Below are positions 25,021-38,227 of a stretch of 64,000 bases of DNA, one piece after another. Below the pieces are notes generated by a model. It was not told where the DNA came from and did not search any database. It saw only the letters and a list, made by a program, of their open reading frames with translations. Each line of letters begins with the position of its first letter. Positions within the stretch are counted from its first letter, which is position 1. The DNA is taken from contig NC_059429.1 in assembly GCF_021028975.2 (NCBI RefSeq), positions 20,398,001 through 20,462,000 of the forward strand, written 5' to 3'. This DNA comes from Sphaerodactylus townsendi. Lineage: Eukaryota. Made by a program: the position numbers and the translations under genes.

Positions 25021-26085
25021 AAATATAAATCAGCCCTCAATGTAAAGCTCTACCAACAAGATGTCACCAGCTGATTAATACCTTAAGGACAACTAGGGCC
25101 ATAAATAATCTGGAATTGGAGGTGAGCAGCATTAACGGCAAAGTTTTCAAATTATGCTGAACAATTCAACCTAGGGAAAACAAAAGCAAAGTGTGAAAAA
25201 CTCCAGGAAGACCTTACTCGGTTGGCTGAGTGGGGGCAAATGAAATCCACGGTAGTTGAGGATAATGCAATGCACCATGGATCAAACAATCTTAACTTTA
25301 AGTATAAACTGATGGGATCTGAATGGGCCAGCAGTGATAAGGAAAGAGATCTAGGGATTGGATAATTCAATAAAAATGTCAGCTCGGAGTTCGACAGTGA
25401 TGAAAAAGGTGCACTTTGTTCTGAAATGCCTTTGTACAGATCTATGACTAACTCTGAGATTTCAGAGGTGGGGCAATATGTCGATGGGCAATGCGGATGG
25501 ACAAAATAAAATTCTTTGTTTTTTAACAAGGAATTTCCTTGTGAAAATCCCTGCCAGTGGTTGTAGCGATGGCCAGGAGCACAGATTAGACAGATTCATG
25601 GAAAGGAAGAGGTCCTATCAATGGCTACTAGAAAAGATGAATAAAGGGAACCTCCCTGCCCAGAGGTAGTAAAGCCCTATGTATCAGTGGCAGGGACATC
25701 GCCAGGAAAAGCCTCTGTCACTGTGCCCTCTTGAAGGCCTTCCAAGTGACTGGTTCACCACTGTATGAAACAAAATCTTGGACTAGATGGGACTTCTGGT
25801 TGAATGACCACTTCTGTGCCCTGAAATTCAAAATATGATTGTATGAACTCCTGGTCTTTGAAAAGAGGGAGGCTGATTCCATCCCCTTCCTGAGAGGTGA
25901 AAGTCTATGCCCCCATTCCCAGAAAACTAGAGCAGTTCCGTTTTCCCATGATGTGGATGGATGTGAGGGGAGTTCAAAGGACTCGCAAAAGAAGCCACAT
26001 CTCTTTCGTGAAGTTGGTTTATAAAGGACTTCAGCAGCTTACCGCCATGTTCCGAAATGAAACCGCCCCAATTCCTCCTCCTTAC

Positions 26086-26222
26086 CTCTTGTTGAGTTCA
26101 TCAAGCTCGGATCTCAGTTTTCCTATTTCGATCTGAAGCTTCGCCCTCTCTCTTGCTGTCTCATCCAGAACTCGACGGGCATCTGCCAACTCCGACTCAT
26201 AGAGGGCCTTGATTCCAGTCAC
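26086..26222 (-). CDS. LMNB2: Lamin B2 exon 2 ([45 protein letters not shown])
   Basis: Start of coil 1B, AG/GT, 137 nt. Confidence 0.97.
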
Positions 26223-26566
26223 CTGGGTTTGGAAAAGCAAGAATCAACTGTCAGAACCGGTCTGGTACTACGCCATCTGGTACGTGGGAGACTCGCTGGG
26301 ACTTTCCTGACTCCTGAGAGCATGACTGAAGGGGAGATTTTTCAGAACCCATCTAAAGGGCACAACTGTTTACCAGTCCAATACAGATGGTGCAGAGGAT
26401 ACAGCAGATGAGCTCAACCATTTTCATACGGGCTCTCAAATATCTCTCACTGTTGACTTTCATGCAAAACAAGAGTAGCTGCAGAGATGGGGAGATGACT
26501 CCTGCTGCAGAGATGGGGAGAGGGAGACGAGAGGCTAAGCCAAAATCACCAAGTTAATGGCTAGGG

Positions 26567-26827
26567 CAGGGGTCTGCAACCTGTGGCTCCAGAGCCACAT
26601 GCGGCTGCCTGCTCCGTCGGGTAGAGGGGGTTTCCCTCCCTTGCGCCGCTACCTCCCACAGCACGAGAGGTGGCGGCACTGGGCAGGCCCTACAGAGCAG
26701 CACTGGAAGGAAAGGTGAGTGGAGGGGCCGAACCGGCACGGAGCCGCCTCTCCAGCTTGGTAGATCTTTGGGGCCATGGAAAACGGGTCCAAATGGCTCT
26801 TTGGGTTGTAAAGGTTGCCGACCCCTG
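26567..26827 (-). mobile_element. Internally deleted copy of the 13913-14423 hAT family
   Basis: Same TIRs in the opposite orientation. TSD GGCTAGGG/GGCTTGGG. Confidence 0.88.
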
Positions 26828-29800
26828 GGCTTGGGGAATGTGGTGGTTAGAGGGATGGATCAGGATTTGAAAGACCCAAGAGAGAATCCCCACTCTGACA
26901 CAGCAGCTTATTGAATGACCTTGGGCCAGTCTCTTCCTTGGCCTTACCTACCTTACAGGGCTGTTGTCAGCATAAAATGGAGAAAGGGAGAACGTTATGT
27001 TGCCTTGGGTTCCAATGGGGAGAAAAGTAGGGCATAACTGAAGTAAATAAATAATCTGTTGATGTTAATATATAATTCACCAACAATAACAGATGCCTGG
27101 TTTGAAGGGCTCTGTGTATCTGAATCCACAAGCAGGGCTAAGTTGCTTTACTGATTCCTATCAGGAAAAAGCCACCGACAGTCCTTGGATAATCAAGCAC
27201 ATCAGTCTTGCTTCCTTACTTGGCTTTTCCTAAGGCATTTCACATGAATTTTTCCAGGAAATATTGCAACACTTCCAAAGAGAAGCCAAGATTCTCCTCC
27301 TCATTCCCCTCTGGGGCTGGAGACAAGACAGGAATTTAAGCAACACCAATTCTCTTTGGACCCAATCTCCCACACGAGTGCCGCACGCATAGCCATTCAA
27401 ATGTATTCCAGAATTTCCCGTTGAGTCACAGGGGTACAGGATGGCACACGCCTGAGCGTTCATAGCAAGCTAAAGCTGGAAATGGCTGACCTCTGAACTG
27501 AAGAGTGCAACTTGTCTGTAAATATGAAGCCCTTTGCCAGAGGACCAGAAGGAAGCCAATGGAATGACAGGTGTGTGTGTTTTTTTTTAAAAAAAACAGT
27601 ATTATAAGAAAAGCAAGTACAGACCTGACTGCCAGGCAAGAACAGTTAAAAACAACTGAAGAATAAGCTTTGACACGTTTACAAAGAGAAAACTTGGCTT
27701 GCAGGCAGGCTCAAATCCTTCAGCATTAAAACAGGAGAAGGCATTGTAGCAAGGCTAATTCAGCAAACATACAATGCAATCCCACAGAGAGTTACAACAT
27801 TCTGATTCTACTAAAGTTAATGGGCTTAGAAAAGCATGTTTTTTGCTTAGGATTATACAGATGATACACTAATGTTTAATACTGATTTATTTTTAATATT
27901 GATAATTCAAATGATTTTTTTGTCATCCTACAGTATTGTTTTTACTTCACTGTGCTGCTGAGAGTCGTTGTCCAGATAGGTAGCAAACACACTCGCTAAA
28001 TAAAAATACCAAAATCTTTGGATGAGGTCCCCCCATCAAAGCTCTTAAATTTAGCATCTCTAGATAAGAGGATTTTCTTATGAGGCAGTAACTGATCCAA
28101 TGATAAACAGCAGTGGGTAAGGAGTAAGAGGCCAGGGACTTTGTACAATGATGGGAAGTGAGCAATGGGCTGGACTGAAACGGATATGCTGCTTGACTAA
28201 TTCATAAGTGAACCTGAGTCAGAAGGGGAAGACAAAGCGGAACTATTTGTAGAAAACGTGAAATTATTCAGGATGGTGAAATCCCAAGCAGACTGCTCAG
28301 AGCTCCGGAAGAATCTCTCCCAACTGGGGTGAATGAATGAGTGACAAAAAGACAAATGAGATTCGGTGTAAGACAGAACACAGGGAAGGAAGCACATCAG
28401 GGCAACAACTATCACCGGCTTCACACGCAAGCCAAAAGCCTGGCTTCTGAAAGGCTCCTAGATAGCCCCAGTGGTCAAGAGTGCTTCAGCTTAGGGTTAA
28501 ACTGAAAAACAAAGCCCACCATGTGAGCATAAAAACGGTCATTCAAGACAGGCTGGAAACTTCAGTTAGTTCCAAATGCTGCCGCAGCAATGTTAATAAC
28601 TAACTTGCAGCAATTTCACTAGGCCAATTCAAAGTACTACTTCTGAAACCCTAAATGGCTTCAGGGTAAAGGTTATCATCCCTTACAGCCTCCTCTACCT
28701 ACACTCCATGTTTTAAGATCTGGCAGTGAAGCCCTGTTCTGGTTACCATATTTTCTAGATGCAAGGGTGGTGTCTAACAGAAACAGGGGCTTTCCTGGTG
28801 CTACATGGATAATGTTCTGGCATGCCCTTTCCATGCCTCTGAAAAGAAAATGTCAAAAACATACTTGCCTGACCAGGTTTTTGAGAAAGTAGCTTCTGCT
28901 TACTGGTTTTATTTGCTTTTTCTGGTTTGTTTCATTGTCTTAAGTGTTAATTTTAAGCAATTACTATGGTTTCAAGTTGCAGACGACTTTGAAAACTGCC
29001 ACTGAACTGCAGCCAAACAAATAAATAAATTTGACAGCTCAGGAAAAATCTATTTGAGTTACGCTGGCTGAAGAGGATCGCAAATAAGCAAATTTGATGA
29101 CAGGAATTTAGTTAAGGTGGAAACCAAATAAAATAAGAGTGACCTGTAATGACATTGGTAGGTGACCACCGGTTGGCTCCAGACTATTTTCCACTACCCA
29201 AAGGAGTGGGATAATTTCTATCAATTCTATCAAGTCTGTTACAGACTTGAACTGCCATTCAAATGATGCTTCTGAAGGTCCCCTGTCCCCCGCCCCCAAC
29301 AATGGCTGTGATGAAGGCAGAAAGGCAGGGTACACATTTTGTAAATAAGTATGTTTCACAGAGATCAGCAGGCTTCAAGAGCATTATTCTTTTCCGTTGA
29401 CAGAAGGGCATCGTGTGAATGGAATATTTAGCCTGGAACGAATCCTATATTTAGTACACGGTGTACAGTGTTGGGCGCTAGACCTCAGAAAGGGAAAAGG
29501 GGCAATAAAGGGCTATCAAAAATGATCCAGCAAAGGGAGCAGTTTCCCTTCGAGGAAAAGTTCAAGAGTGGGGGAGGGGGGAGGAATTGTACGTTTATGT
29601 CCCAGTGATAGAAGATCTGCCTAGAATGCAGAAGGTTTCAGGTTCAATCCCCGGCATCTCCACTGAGAAGGATCAGATTGCATGCACCATGTGCTTGCGA
29701 CTGTGTGAATTAATGACCTCCAAAATGTCCTATCATTAACAGCCTTGCTCAGGTCTTGCAAACCAAAGATCATGGCTTCCTTTATTAGTCACAGAAGATG

Positions 29801-31609
29801 TGAAAGACCTCTTCCTGAGTCAGCTATTGCCTGAATAGATGCACCAAGAGGATCTGACTCAGTATATGGCAGCATCAGGCAAATATGACATCATGAATGG
29901 CCGTAGAACTAATAGAAAACATATTTTACTCAGAATGAAGCCTACTAGAGAAAGAAGGAGATGGCTGTTCTTCACACAATGCATAATTAACTTACAGAAT
30001 TAATCATCACAGAATGTGGTATGAGCTTCTTGCTTAGCCTACTTTTTTTTGAAGGAGGAAAGGATTAGCTAAATTCCTGCAAGGGTGGCCGGCCGATCAC
30101 TGAGAGTTTGCCATAATAAGCTGGCCAAGCAGTGCAGGGGAACCGAATGCTGGACTGATCCCCTGCTAGGCAGTATGTGTGTATGTGTTTTTAATGACTT
30201 TGTTAGCCAGTCCCTACAACTAAAAATAAACTGTCCTTTGCTCACCATAAGAGTTGGACTCACAGGAACTGTAAACTAAGAGCTCTGAATTACACCTCAT
30301 GAATTCTTTATCGACCAGCTTTGCTCCCTCCCTGCCTTCTTAGCCAGCGGCACACCGACTGTGCTTCTTTCTGCACTGCAAAGACCAGAAGCAAGCCTCA
30401 CTACGAGGCACAGGACCTGTTCCTTGCTCGATTAGCAATTTACTCAAAAACACTTGCTTTAAATGGCCAAAACCCAGCTATCCCTTCCTAGAAAGTTCCC
30501 CACAACTTGGTAGCACAAGTAGAATTTCTGCTCCTGGTCGCCACTTTTATAAGACTTTTTATAAGTCCTCGTTTCAATGCAGGCGGCCCTTGCTCCATTT
30601 GACAGTAAGGACAACCCCCAAGAAATGGGCCTATGGATGGGAAACGCACGGGATTGGGCAGCCAGCTCAACCCCAGAGCAGAAAATTCTGCTCCACGCCC
30701 TTCCTAATAACCAGTTCTTGGAGATAACGGTCATTTCAGATTTTCAAACAAACCGCGAAGTCTTTACACCAGGGAGCACCACAGACTGGCTGGCTAAGGG
30801 CCAAACTCCATTCATTCTACCAGACTCAGGCAACCAGAGACAAATGAGGGCCAGATTAGTCATAACTTATGCATCTCCAAAGATCTGCACGAAGGATAAA
30901 GTGCCTTTACAGCACTAAGCTTGTGAGTCTGGCAGAGAAGACTCTAATACAGACACACCCTTGGGTGCTTTGCAGAACTCCACCCAAGACACAGCTATTC
31001 CAAAAACTATTACTAAACATTCTAAAATGGCATTTTAGCCACCTTATTGCATAGAGCCTAGGAAATTAATTTCACAGAAATCGATGGAACCTAACTGAAG
31101 TCTGAGGTCAAGATACAAACCCCCTCCCCACAAAAAGGGCCCTGGAGTTCACAATAATGTCACTTTTTCCAAAGAACTGCTATGACATTTGCTTCAGACC
31201 ATGACACTGAAACGGGACTGCTTCGTTTCAGAGGAACTGCGTGTGCCTCTGCTTACAGGCAACCAGGTACAATGAAAAGGAAAAACACATGCACACACCA
31301 GTTCAAAAAAGGCTTAACCGCTTAGGGTATTTCTAAACGGAACTGAAATTAAAGTCAATGGGTGCATGCTACATAGTCTGGGAGTCTTATGCTATTAGTG
31401 GAGGGGGGGATCCCAACTGATGACGTGCCCTGCTACTGAACTGCAGCCAAACAAATAAATAAATTTGACAGCTCAGGAAAAATCTTGGGACTCTCCACAG
31501 ACCTCGTAGTGATGCTGCAGGAGATGGCATAGAACGGAAGAGTCAGGCCAACTTCCCAGGAGTCTTGGGAAGTGGCTATGGGTTATATGCGAGAAATGCA
31601 CCTTGATCA

Positions 31610-31870
31610 GCCTGGGGGCTATCTGCCATCAACTTATGGCAACCCAGAAGGGGTTTTCAAGGCAAGAGATATTGAGGGGAGGTTTGCCATTGTCTGCCTT
31701 CACATCACACCCCTGGTATTCCTTGGAGGTCTCCCATCCAAATACTAGCCAGGGTCAGGGCTGAGAGTGTGTGACTGGCTCAAGTTTACCCAGCTAGCTT
31801 TCATGGCATGAGTGCAGAACTGAACCTGGTATTCCGGGTCCTGGTCCAACACCTTAACCATTACACCAGC
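31610..31870 (-). mobile_element. 5S-derived SINE fragment next to a MIR-like SINE fragment
   Basis: GGTCTCCCATCCAAATACTAGCCAGGG (reverse 5S), followed by a TGAACCTGG B-box remnant. Confidence 0.6.
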
Positions 31871-33085
31871 TTGTATCTCTCCAGCTTGTATCTACTGCTG
31901 AGAAATAAGGATTCCAGGTAGGTGGCCCAATTAAAGACAGGCATGCACAGCCGTGCTTCTGCCTCATTCGCTCAAACACACCCTTCAACGAAACATCCCA
32001 AAGTCTTATATATGCGTGAGCACAGGATTACTACAGCTCTATGTCAGGATCCTGGCCCCAGCCTACTACATCTGGCACTTATCCCAGACATGGTGGAGAG
32101 GCACAGAAAATACCTGAGCAAGTTAGCATATCAGCCTCTTACATAATGTGCTGGGGGGGGGGTGCAGGGTGGAGATCCTTGTTTTTTCGAACAAAGGAGC
32201 CCCACCCTAATCCCCTCGTTTTCAGGGAGGTGGAAAGAACGGCCTTTTGTCCCAACTGCAAATGTTCACCAGGCTGTACATTTACTGTTCACTCGCAGGC
32301 ACAACTTTACATAAGTAGAGCACAATATACCAAGCGGGGCAAAGAAGACAGCAACAGCAAATACCAGTGCGACGCTGCTGTGCTTTTCCCTGTGCTTTTC
32401 CCGCCTTTCAGATTCTTACAACCCAGACTCATTCAAGGGACAGCTCTCAGAAGCCTACGAACTGGACTGGGGGTTTCTCAAATTCTCCTCCTCCAGAGTT
32501 TGAGTAGACCCCCAGGCTCCTTCCGCACATCTGGAATAATTCACTTTGCATCCAGATTCACAATTGTTTGCAAGTGGATTTTGTTCAAAGTGCATTGAAA
32601 GTGCACTAGCCTGCATGTGCGGAAGGGGCCCCAAACACAGAGTAAGAACATATAAGAGCAGCCCTTGCTGGATCAGACCAAGAATACCCATTCATATCAG
32701 AGCAGGAGGTCAGCAAGACTCCCAGAGGAGTTCCTGCAAAAGCAGACCTAGTTGAGAGAGACCTCCCAACCCCAGGAAGGAACCTGGCAGCGAACCCCTG
32801 CTCCATAAAAGCTTCCATGTTCAGAGGCAACCCCCCACCCGCACTGATCTGTAGTTACCAATGGGAGCCGCCATTAAATTCCATCACCATGCGAGCCTCC
32901 ACGTGCAGGGGCAGTCTACCTACTGACAAAGGATTGCAGTTCCTCAGCAAAAAAAGCTATCAGCGCACATGGAGAATCGGGGGAGGGGATTTCTCAGCTG
33001 CTCCTTCTGGCACGGCTCCCCCACTCGCCGTCTTGAGGACTAGCGCCTCGACAGCCCTGCGAGGTAGACCCCGGCGTGCACCCAC

Positions 33086-33295
33086 CTCGCGCGTGACCAC
33101 CTCCTCCTTTTCGGAGACGCGCAGCAGCAGGCGGTCGTTCTCGAACTCGAGGGCGCGCACGCGCTCGATGTAGTGGGCCAGGCGGTCATTGAGTTGCCTC
33201 AGCTCTTCCTTCTCCTGCAGCCGCGAGATGCGCGTCGGGGAGAGCGGCGTCGAAGAGCCGGGCGGGAGGCTGGAGCTGCGAGGGGTGGCCGACAT
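33086..33295 (-). CDS. LMNB2: Lamin B2 exon 1 coding part ([70 protein letters not shown])
   Basis: ATG in a GCCGCC context, CDK1 site TPLSPTR, coil 1A signature LNDRLA-YI, GT donor. The early intron position is typical of LMNB2 rather than LMNB1 or LMNA. Confidence 0.97.
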
Positions 33296-33600
33296 GGCGG
33301 CGGCTGTAGCGGCGGCGGCGACGAACGGCCGCTCATTCAATCCGCCCGGCACTCGGGCAAGTGGGCGGGCGGGAAAGAAGGAGGCAGAAAATGGCGGTGG
33401 CCGTTGGGCGCGAGCGGCGCCGACGCCTCGCGCGGCGCACCATGGGAAATGGAGTCCGACTCGCCCCCCCGCCGACCAATCGGAGACTTCAGAGCATTAG
33501 GCGGGCCGCACCTTAACCCATCTAAGCCATTGGGAAATGTAGTTTTTTTTGGCGCGGCTGCCATTTTGTGCCCTTGTACGGGACTAGAGCTAGGCAGAGT
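33296..33600 (-). promoter_or_regulatory. LMNB2: LMNB2 CpG-island promoter and 5' UTR
   Basis: CpG-rich, GC boxes, CCAAT at 33476-33480, YY1-like AAAATGGCG (~33388) and GCCATTTTG (~33560), ZNF143/THAP11-type TGGGAAATGTAGTTT at 33531-33545. Confidence 0.85.
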
Positions 33601-33947
33601 CTGAGTCTGACGCTGTGTCGGTGCGGTAGTGCTGCAAAAATGTTTGTGAATAATCCCTAGGTTCCTTCTGAGAACAGCAAATAAATAATAAAAAGGAGCC
33701 ATACAAACAGCGAAATCCCAATTTGCAGTAAGATGCTTGTAAAAAATACACTTCTAAAAATAATGGCCGCGCCTTTTCAGTTCTCAAAAAAAAGAAGGCC
33801 CGAAGGCTTTGAAGGGCAATTCTAAATTGCAGACATTTGCAGGGCAATTCTAAATAGTGAAACCACAGTCATAAACAGCCTTTAAAGGGGATTGGATAGA
33901 TTAATGGAGGATAGGTCTGCAGTCAACCTCTGAATAATTGTGCCAGG

Positions 33948-34340
33948 CAGTGGTGGGATCCAAAAATTTTAGTAACAGGTTCCCATGGTGGTGGGATTCA
34001 AACAGTGGCGTAGCGCCAATGGGGCTGGGTGGGGCCACGACGGGGGCGTGGCCGGGCATTCTGGGGGTGGGGCATTCCTGGCAGGGGCTGTGGCAAAGAC
34101 GCAGCCGCTGCGCCAGTCCTTGAGCGGGAAACGAATGCACGCAGGCGCAGGCTGCCACGCACGCTGGTGCACCTCCTGCTAGACTGCTTCAAGTTCTGCA
34201 CGCTACTGATGAGGGGAGAGGCGTAACTAAGGCAAAAATCGCGTGGCAAAATCACCAATTAGTAACTCCCTCTCAGCACACACAAATAATTAGTAACCTA
34301 CTCTCGGGAACCTGTGAGAACGTGCTGGATCCCACCTCTG
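33948..34340 (-). mobile_element. Non-autonomous hAT element (CAGAGGTGGGATCC family) inserted into an old CR1 fragment
   Basis: TIRs CAGTGGTGGGATCC...GGATCCCACCTCTG. Perfect TSD GTGCCAGG. Confidence 0.92.
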
Positions 34341-34696
34341 GTGCCAGGAGATAACGTCAGGAATAGACTGCGACCTATATGCCCTGTTGTTGGTTCTCCG
34401 GAGGAACGGGTTACCCCATGTGCCAGACAGGAAACTGGGCTAAATGGACCACATGTCTGATCCAGCAGGGCTCTTACATTCCTAAACTCACTGAAATAAA
34501 TGGCCTTCGAAGTCTATAACTATGCTAAAGATGGCAAATGCAAACAGCCTGCAAAACACATTGGCAGAGAACACCTCATTGTGCCATGTCCCCAACGTCT
34601 CAAAAGTAAGGAACTCATGTTACCTAAAAAAGAAGCTAAAATTGTGCAATAGTGAATCTCAGTTTTTTGAGATTCGCTAGTGCGCCATTTACACCA

Positions 34697-34912
34697 CACC
34701 AGCTTGGTGTAGTGGTTAAGAACAGGTGAATTCTAATCTGGAGAATCGGGTTTGATTCCCCCATACCTCCACCTGAGAGGCAGAGGCATATCTGGTGAAC
34801 CAGATGTGTTTCCACACTCCTGCATTCCTTGGGCTAGTCACAGTTCTTCAGAGCTCTCTTAGGCCCACCTACCTCACAAGGTTCTGTTGTGGGGAGAAGG
34901 AGGGCAAGGAGG
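34697..34912 (+). mobile_element. tRNA-derived SINE (Squam3-like)
   Basis: TGGTGTAGTGGTTAAG A-box and GTTTGATTCCCC B-box. Confidence 0.85.
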
Positions 34913-35311
34913 TAGCTAATCACAACCAAAATACCACAATGTGTACATTAAAGCTAGATAGTTATGTGGTGCCCAATATTTCTTTCCCAAATATCAAGCC
35001 AACAGAAGATAGTTTTATGTAGCTTCATTTGCAAAGAAAGGGGAGCCATCCCCACATGGGCAGACTCTGCGTACATCCACAGCATGTTTATTCCCTTCTC
35101 CCGAATTCACCACACCTTCTCTGTTCCCCCATTGACTAAGGGTACTTAGAGTCACAACTTTTCGGTCTGCCTATTTACATGTTACTCCTTAATATGTGGG
35201 CCCCCTCCCATATTCTTCCTGTATGTTCATTATACCTCCGGGGATAGGGCGGTATACTAAATCTAAGTAGTAGTAGCAGCGGAGGGGGCGGCAGTAGTAG
35301 TAGTAGTAGTA

Positions 35312-35756
35312 CCATCCCAAAAACACTTGAGACATCTTCGAATTGACGAAATTAACATCTGTCAAATTCAGAAGGCAGCCCTGCTGGGATCCACACAAAT
35401 ACTACACCGATACATTACAACTTCCTAGACCTCTGGGTGAGGCTCGAATTGTAATGAAGAATTGTAATGAAGCTCGAATTGTAATGAAGCTAAAGAACTG
35501 GCAGCTGTGAAATCTACCATAATAATGATGATGATCATCATCATCATCGGCATGCTGGGTGCCATTCCAAAGACACTAGGGCAGTACTTGAAACATCTTC
35601 AAATTGACAAAATTAACATCTGTCAAATTCTACTGGGATCCGCACGAGTACTACATTGACACATTACAACTTCCTAGGCCTCTGGGTGAGGCTCAAATTG
35701 TAATGGCCAACAACCAGCTGAAGAACTGGCAGCTGTGAAATCAACTCATAATAATA
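35312..35756 (+). mobile_element. Two tandem 3' fragments of an R4/Dong-clade retrotransposon
   Basis: Both match the 3' end of 44276-44662 (ATTAACATCTGTCAAATTC...GGCAGCTGTGAAATC) and sit among trinucleotide repeats. Confidence 0.8.
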
Positions 35757-36799
35757 CAGTTTGTCATCAGAGCAGGAGGAGAAGTTAACATGTATTAACC
35801 TACTAAGCATGCTCAATAGGTACAATCTGATACAAGCCTGGCCTTCAGTCTAGTCATCAAGCAATCTTATCTTGTCCTGCCACAAGCATCCTCCCTTATG
35901 ACTCATCTCCTCCTCTTTCTACTCCTAATAGAAAACACATTTCTTGTTTATCGTAGGTAGGTAGACAGATATTAGTATAAAAACATTAAATTTCAGATTA
36001 ACGAAAACTAAAATGGTACCCTAACAACGATTATGGCCAGATTATGCTAGATGGAATGCAGAAAGGAAAGGGAAGCCAGCTGCTGTAAAACCATTGCTGC
36101 CTTCCATCATAGGTCCAGCAGAATATTTCTGCTTGCAGGCCCCTGCAGAAATGAACGAAGTCAACAAAGCCTAGGTCTCATTCAATAGAGCTCCATCATG
36201 CTGACAGAGAACAAAGACAGCTAGACATTTCTTGGGCCAGGGACCATCAGGAGGTTATCAGCTGAGAGTGATGGTCTTTGGGAGGTGTAGTGAGAGAGGG
36301 AGTGGTGTAGCTACAATGGTCTCAGACCCTTTAGGGTTTTAAAGGTTAATATCAAAGTCTTGAACCTGATTTGGAATTCAATCTGGAGCCAGTGCAGTTG
36401 GCAGAGCACTGGTTGTATATGCGCTTCCCAAGGGGTTCCTGTAAAGACACACACAGCTGCATACTGGACTAGTTGCAGTTTTTGAAGCAGCTTCAAGGGT
36501 AGCGAGTTATAGTCATCTAAGAGCGAGTTACAGTCATCTAACCTGAAGAAGACTGTTGCGTGGATCACTGTGTCTAGGTCAAGGCGGGATAGGACTTGGC
36601 AAAGGTAGAAAAATACTGTCCTAACAGTATTAGCAACCTGAACCTCCAAGGAGAGGGAAGTATCCAGGATCACCCATGGATTATTGATCAAGGAAACTGG
36701 CATGAATTGAACTCCATCAAGAGTCAGAAGCTGGCCTTCCTACACTGGGCAGCAAACAGATCTGGGGAGGGGGGGGGAAGCAGAGGAGACAGACAACTT

Positions 36800-37500
36800 A
36801 GGTGCGACTTTAAGGCGTCACATGGAGGCACCATTGGGCTGGTTCTCCCCCACCCATCCCTGCCAAAAAAATCCCTTTTGGTAGGTACCTTTGGTACCTT
36901 TAAAATTCCAAGAGTTGCTGCTGGCTTGCAGCGGCGGCGGCCAGCTGCTTCCCCATCCTCTCCGGACCACAAGAGAGGCAGTGAGCAAAGAAGCAACAAG
37001 TGAGCAAAGTGAATTTGGGCAGTGGACAACCCCTGGCCAACCACTCAAGTTGGCCAGACCCTTCCTGACGGCATGGCAAGCTGATCTGCTGGTGTTGGAT
37101 TTCGGCTCAGCTGCTTCTTCGCCTGGCTTGCACACTGACACTCTTCCTTTTCCCTGTTTCTTCATTATATTCCACCCCAGGGAAAGGGAAAGAAGAGCAG
37201 GCAATAGAGTAGCCTACTGCCCTGCCAGGGAGGGCCCAGCCAACTTGAGTGGCCGGCCAAGGATTACCCAGCGCTTGAACTCACTTCGCTCGTTGCTTCT
37301 TCATTCACCGCTGGAGGAGAGGAAGCAGCCAGCCGCCACCGCAATCCAGCAGCAAGTCTTCCAATTTTTTGGCAGTTGTGGTGTGTGTGGGGGATTTGTC
37401 TGGGGGCCATCTTGGGGGGGCGTGGCACCCAGAGCAGCCAGGGAGGGGCACCAATTTCAACAGATACGCTCCAGGTGCTGGGCCACCCTGGCCCAGCCAA
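36800..37500. mobile_element. Probable non-autonomous DNA transposon with a long internal inverted repeat, nested in the L2
   Basis: ~36915-37085 is an imperfect reverse complement of ~37205-37355 (e.g. CCACTCAAGTTGGC / GCCAACTTGAGTGG). Ends not resolved. Confidence 0.55.
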
Positions 37501-37669
37501 AGGACCTCCATCTTTGATTAATTCAATGTCAGACAACTGTGCTTTAATTATTTCACCACATCCTCCAAGCACCCAGTAAGATTATCTTGGATAGTGTCCT
37601 GCCAGCCGTCAACAGATACAGCTGGGCACGTCAGCAGCATATTGATGACACCCCAGCCCAAAGCTCCAG

Positions 37670-37799
37670 ACTGTAGCGTTTCCAGATGTTCAGTTGTTTC
37701 CCATCAGTTCTTTCAGCATGGCCAATTGGCCATGCTGAAAGGGGCTGATGGGAATTGTAGTTCCTGAACATCTGGAGAGCCGCAGGTTCCCTACCCCTG
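37670..37799. mobile_element. Palindromic hAT MITE with a degraded left arm
   Basis: GGGAATTGTAGTTCCTGAACATCTGGAGAGCCGCAGGTTCCCTACCCCTG right end. Confidence 0.8.
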
Positions 37800-38079
37800 C
37801 TCCAGACTAAGTGGGCAAGGAAATGTACATGCTGAAAAGCATTGCAGAGATCGACCCTTGAGGGGCTCCACATACCAAAGGATATTGTGTCGAGACCCTC
37901 TCTCCTAGCAAACACTGTTTATCCCCAGTCTTGGAGAAATGAGATCGGCCACTGAAGGACTGTTCTCCATGCCCCAGTTTCAGCAGTGGGTCAAAAGTTC
38001 ATGACTGACCTTGTCAAACGTTGCTGAGATATCAAGTAATAACCACAGCCTTGAGCCGCCCCAATCCAGCTGACTACAG

Positions 38080-38227
38080 CAGTGACGAAGGGAGGGAAAC
38101 CACACCAGAGACATGAACTGCCCATGTGCCCACCCCATCCCTGCCACGCCCCACCCCCGACACGTGACTCCAATGGTAGCGCATGGGGAAAGCTGCCCCA
38201 GATGTCCCCAATGCAGCTCCACCTCTG
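38080..38227. mobile_element. Short hAT MITE nested in the L2
   Basis: CAGTGACGAAG...GCTCCACCTCTG with a perfect TSD GACTACAG. Confidence 0.8.

Noticed and set aside
29600-29665. tRNA-Ala-like sequence ending GGTTCAATCCCCGGCATCTCCA
   Set aside because: The 5' half is degenerate, with no full cloverleaf or T-run terminator. It is an old SINE head.
33296-33352. In-frame N-terminal extension of lamin B2 suggested by the ORF track ([10 protein letters not shown]...)
   Set aside because: It starts at GTG rather than ATG. The ATG at 33295 has a GCCGCC context and matches the lamin B2 head.
36891-37517. 208-aa ORF
   Set aside because: Lies in an inverted-repeat insertion within an L2 and has no recognisable domain.
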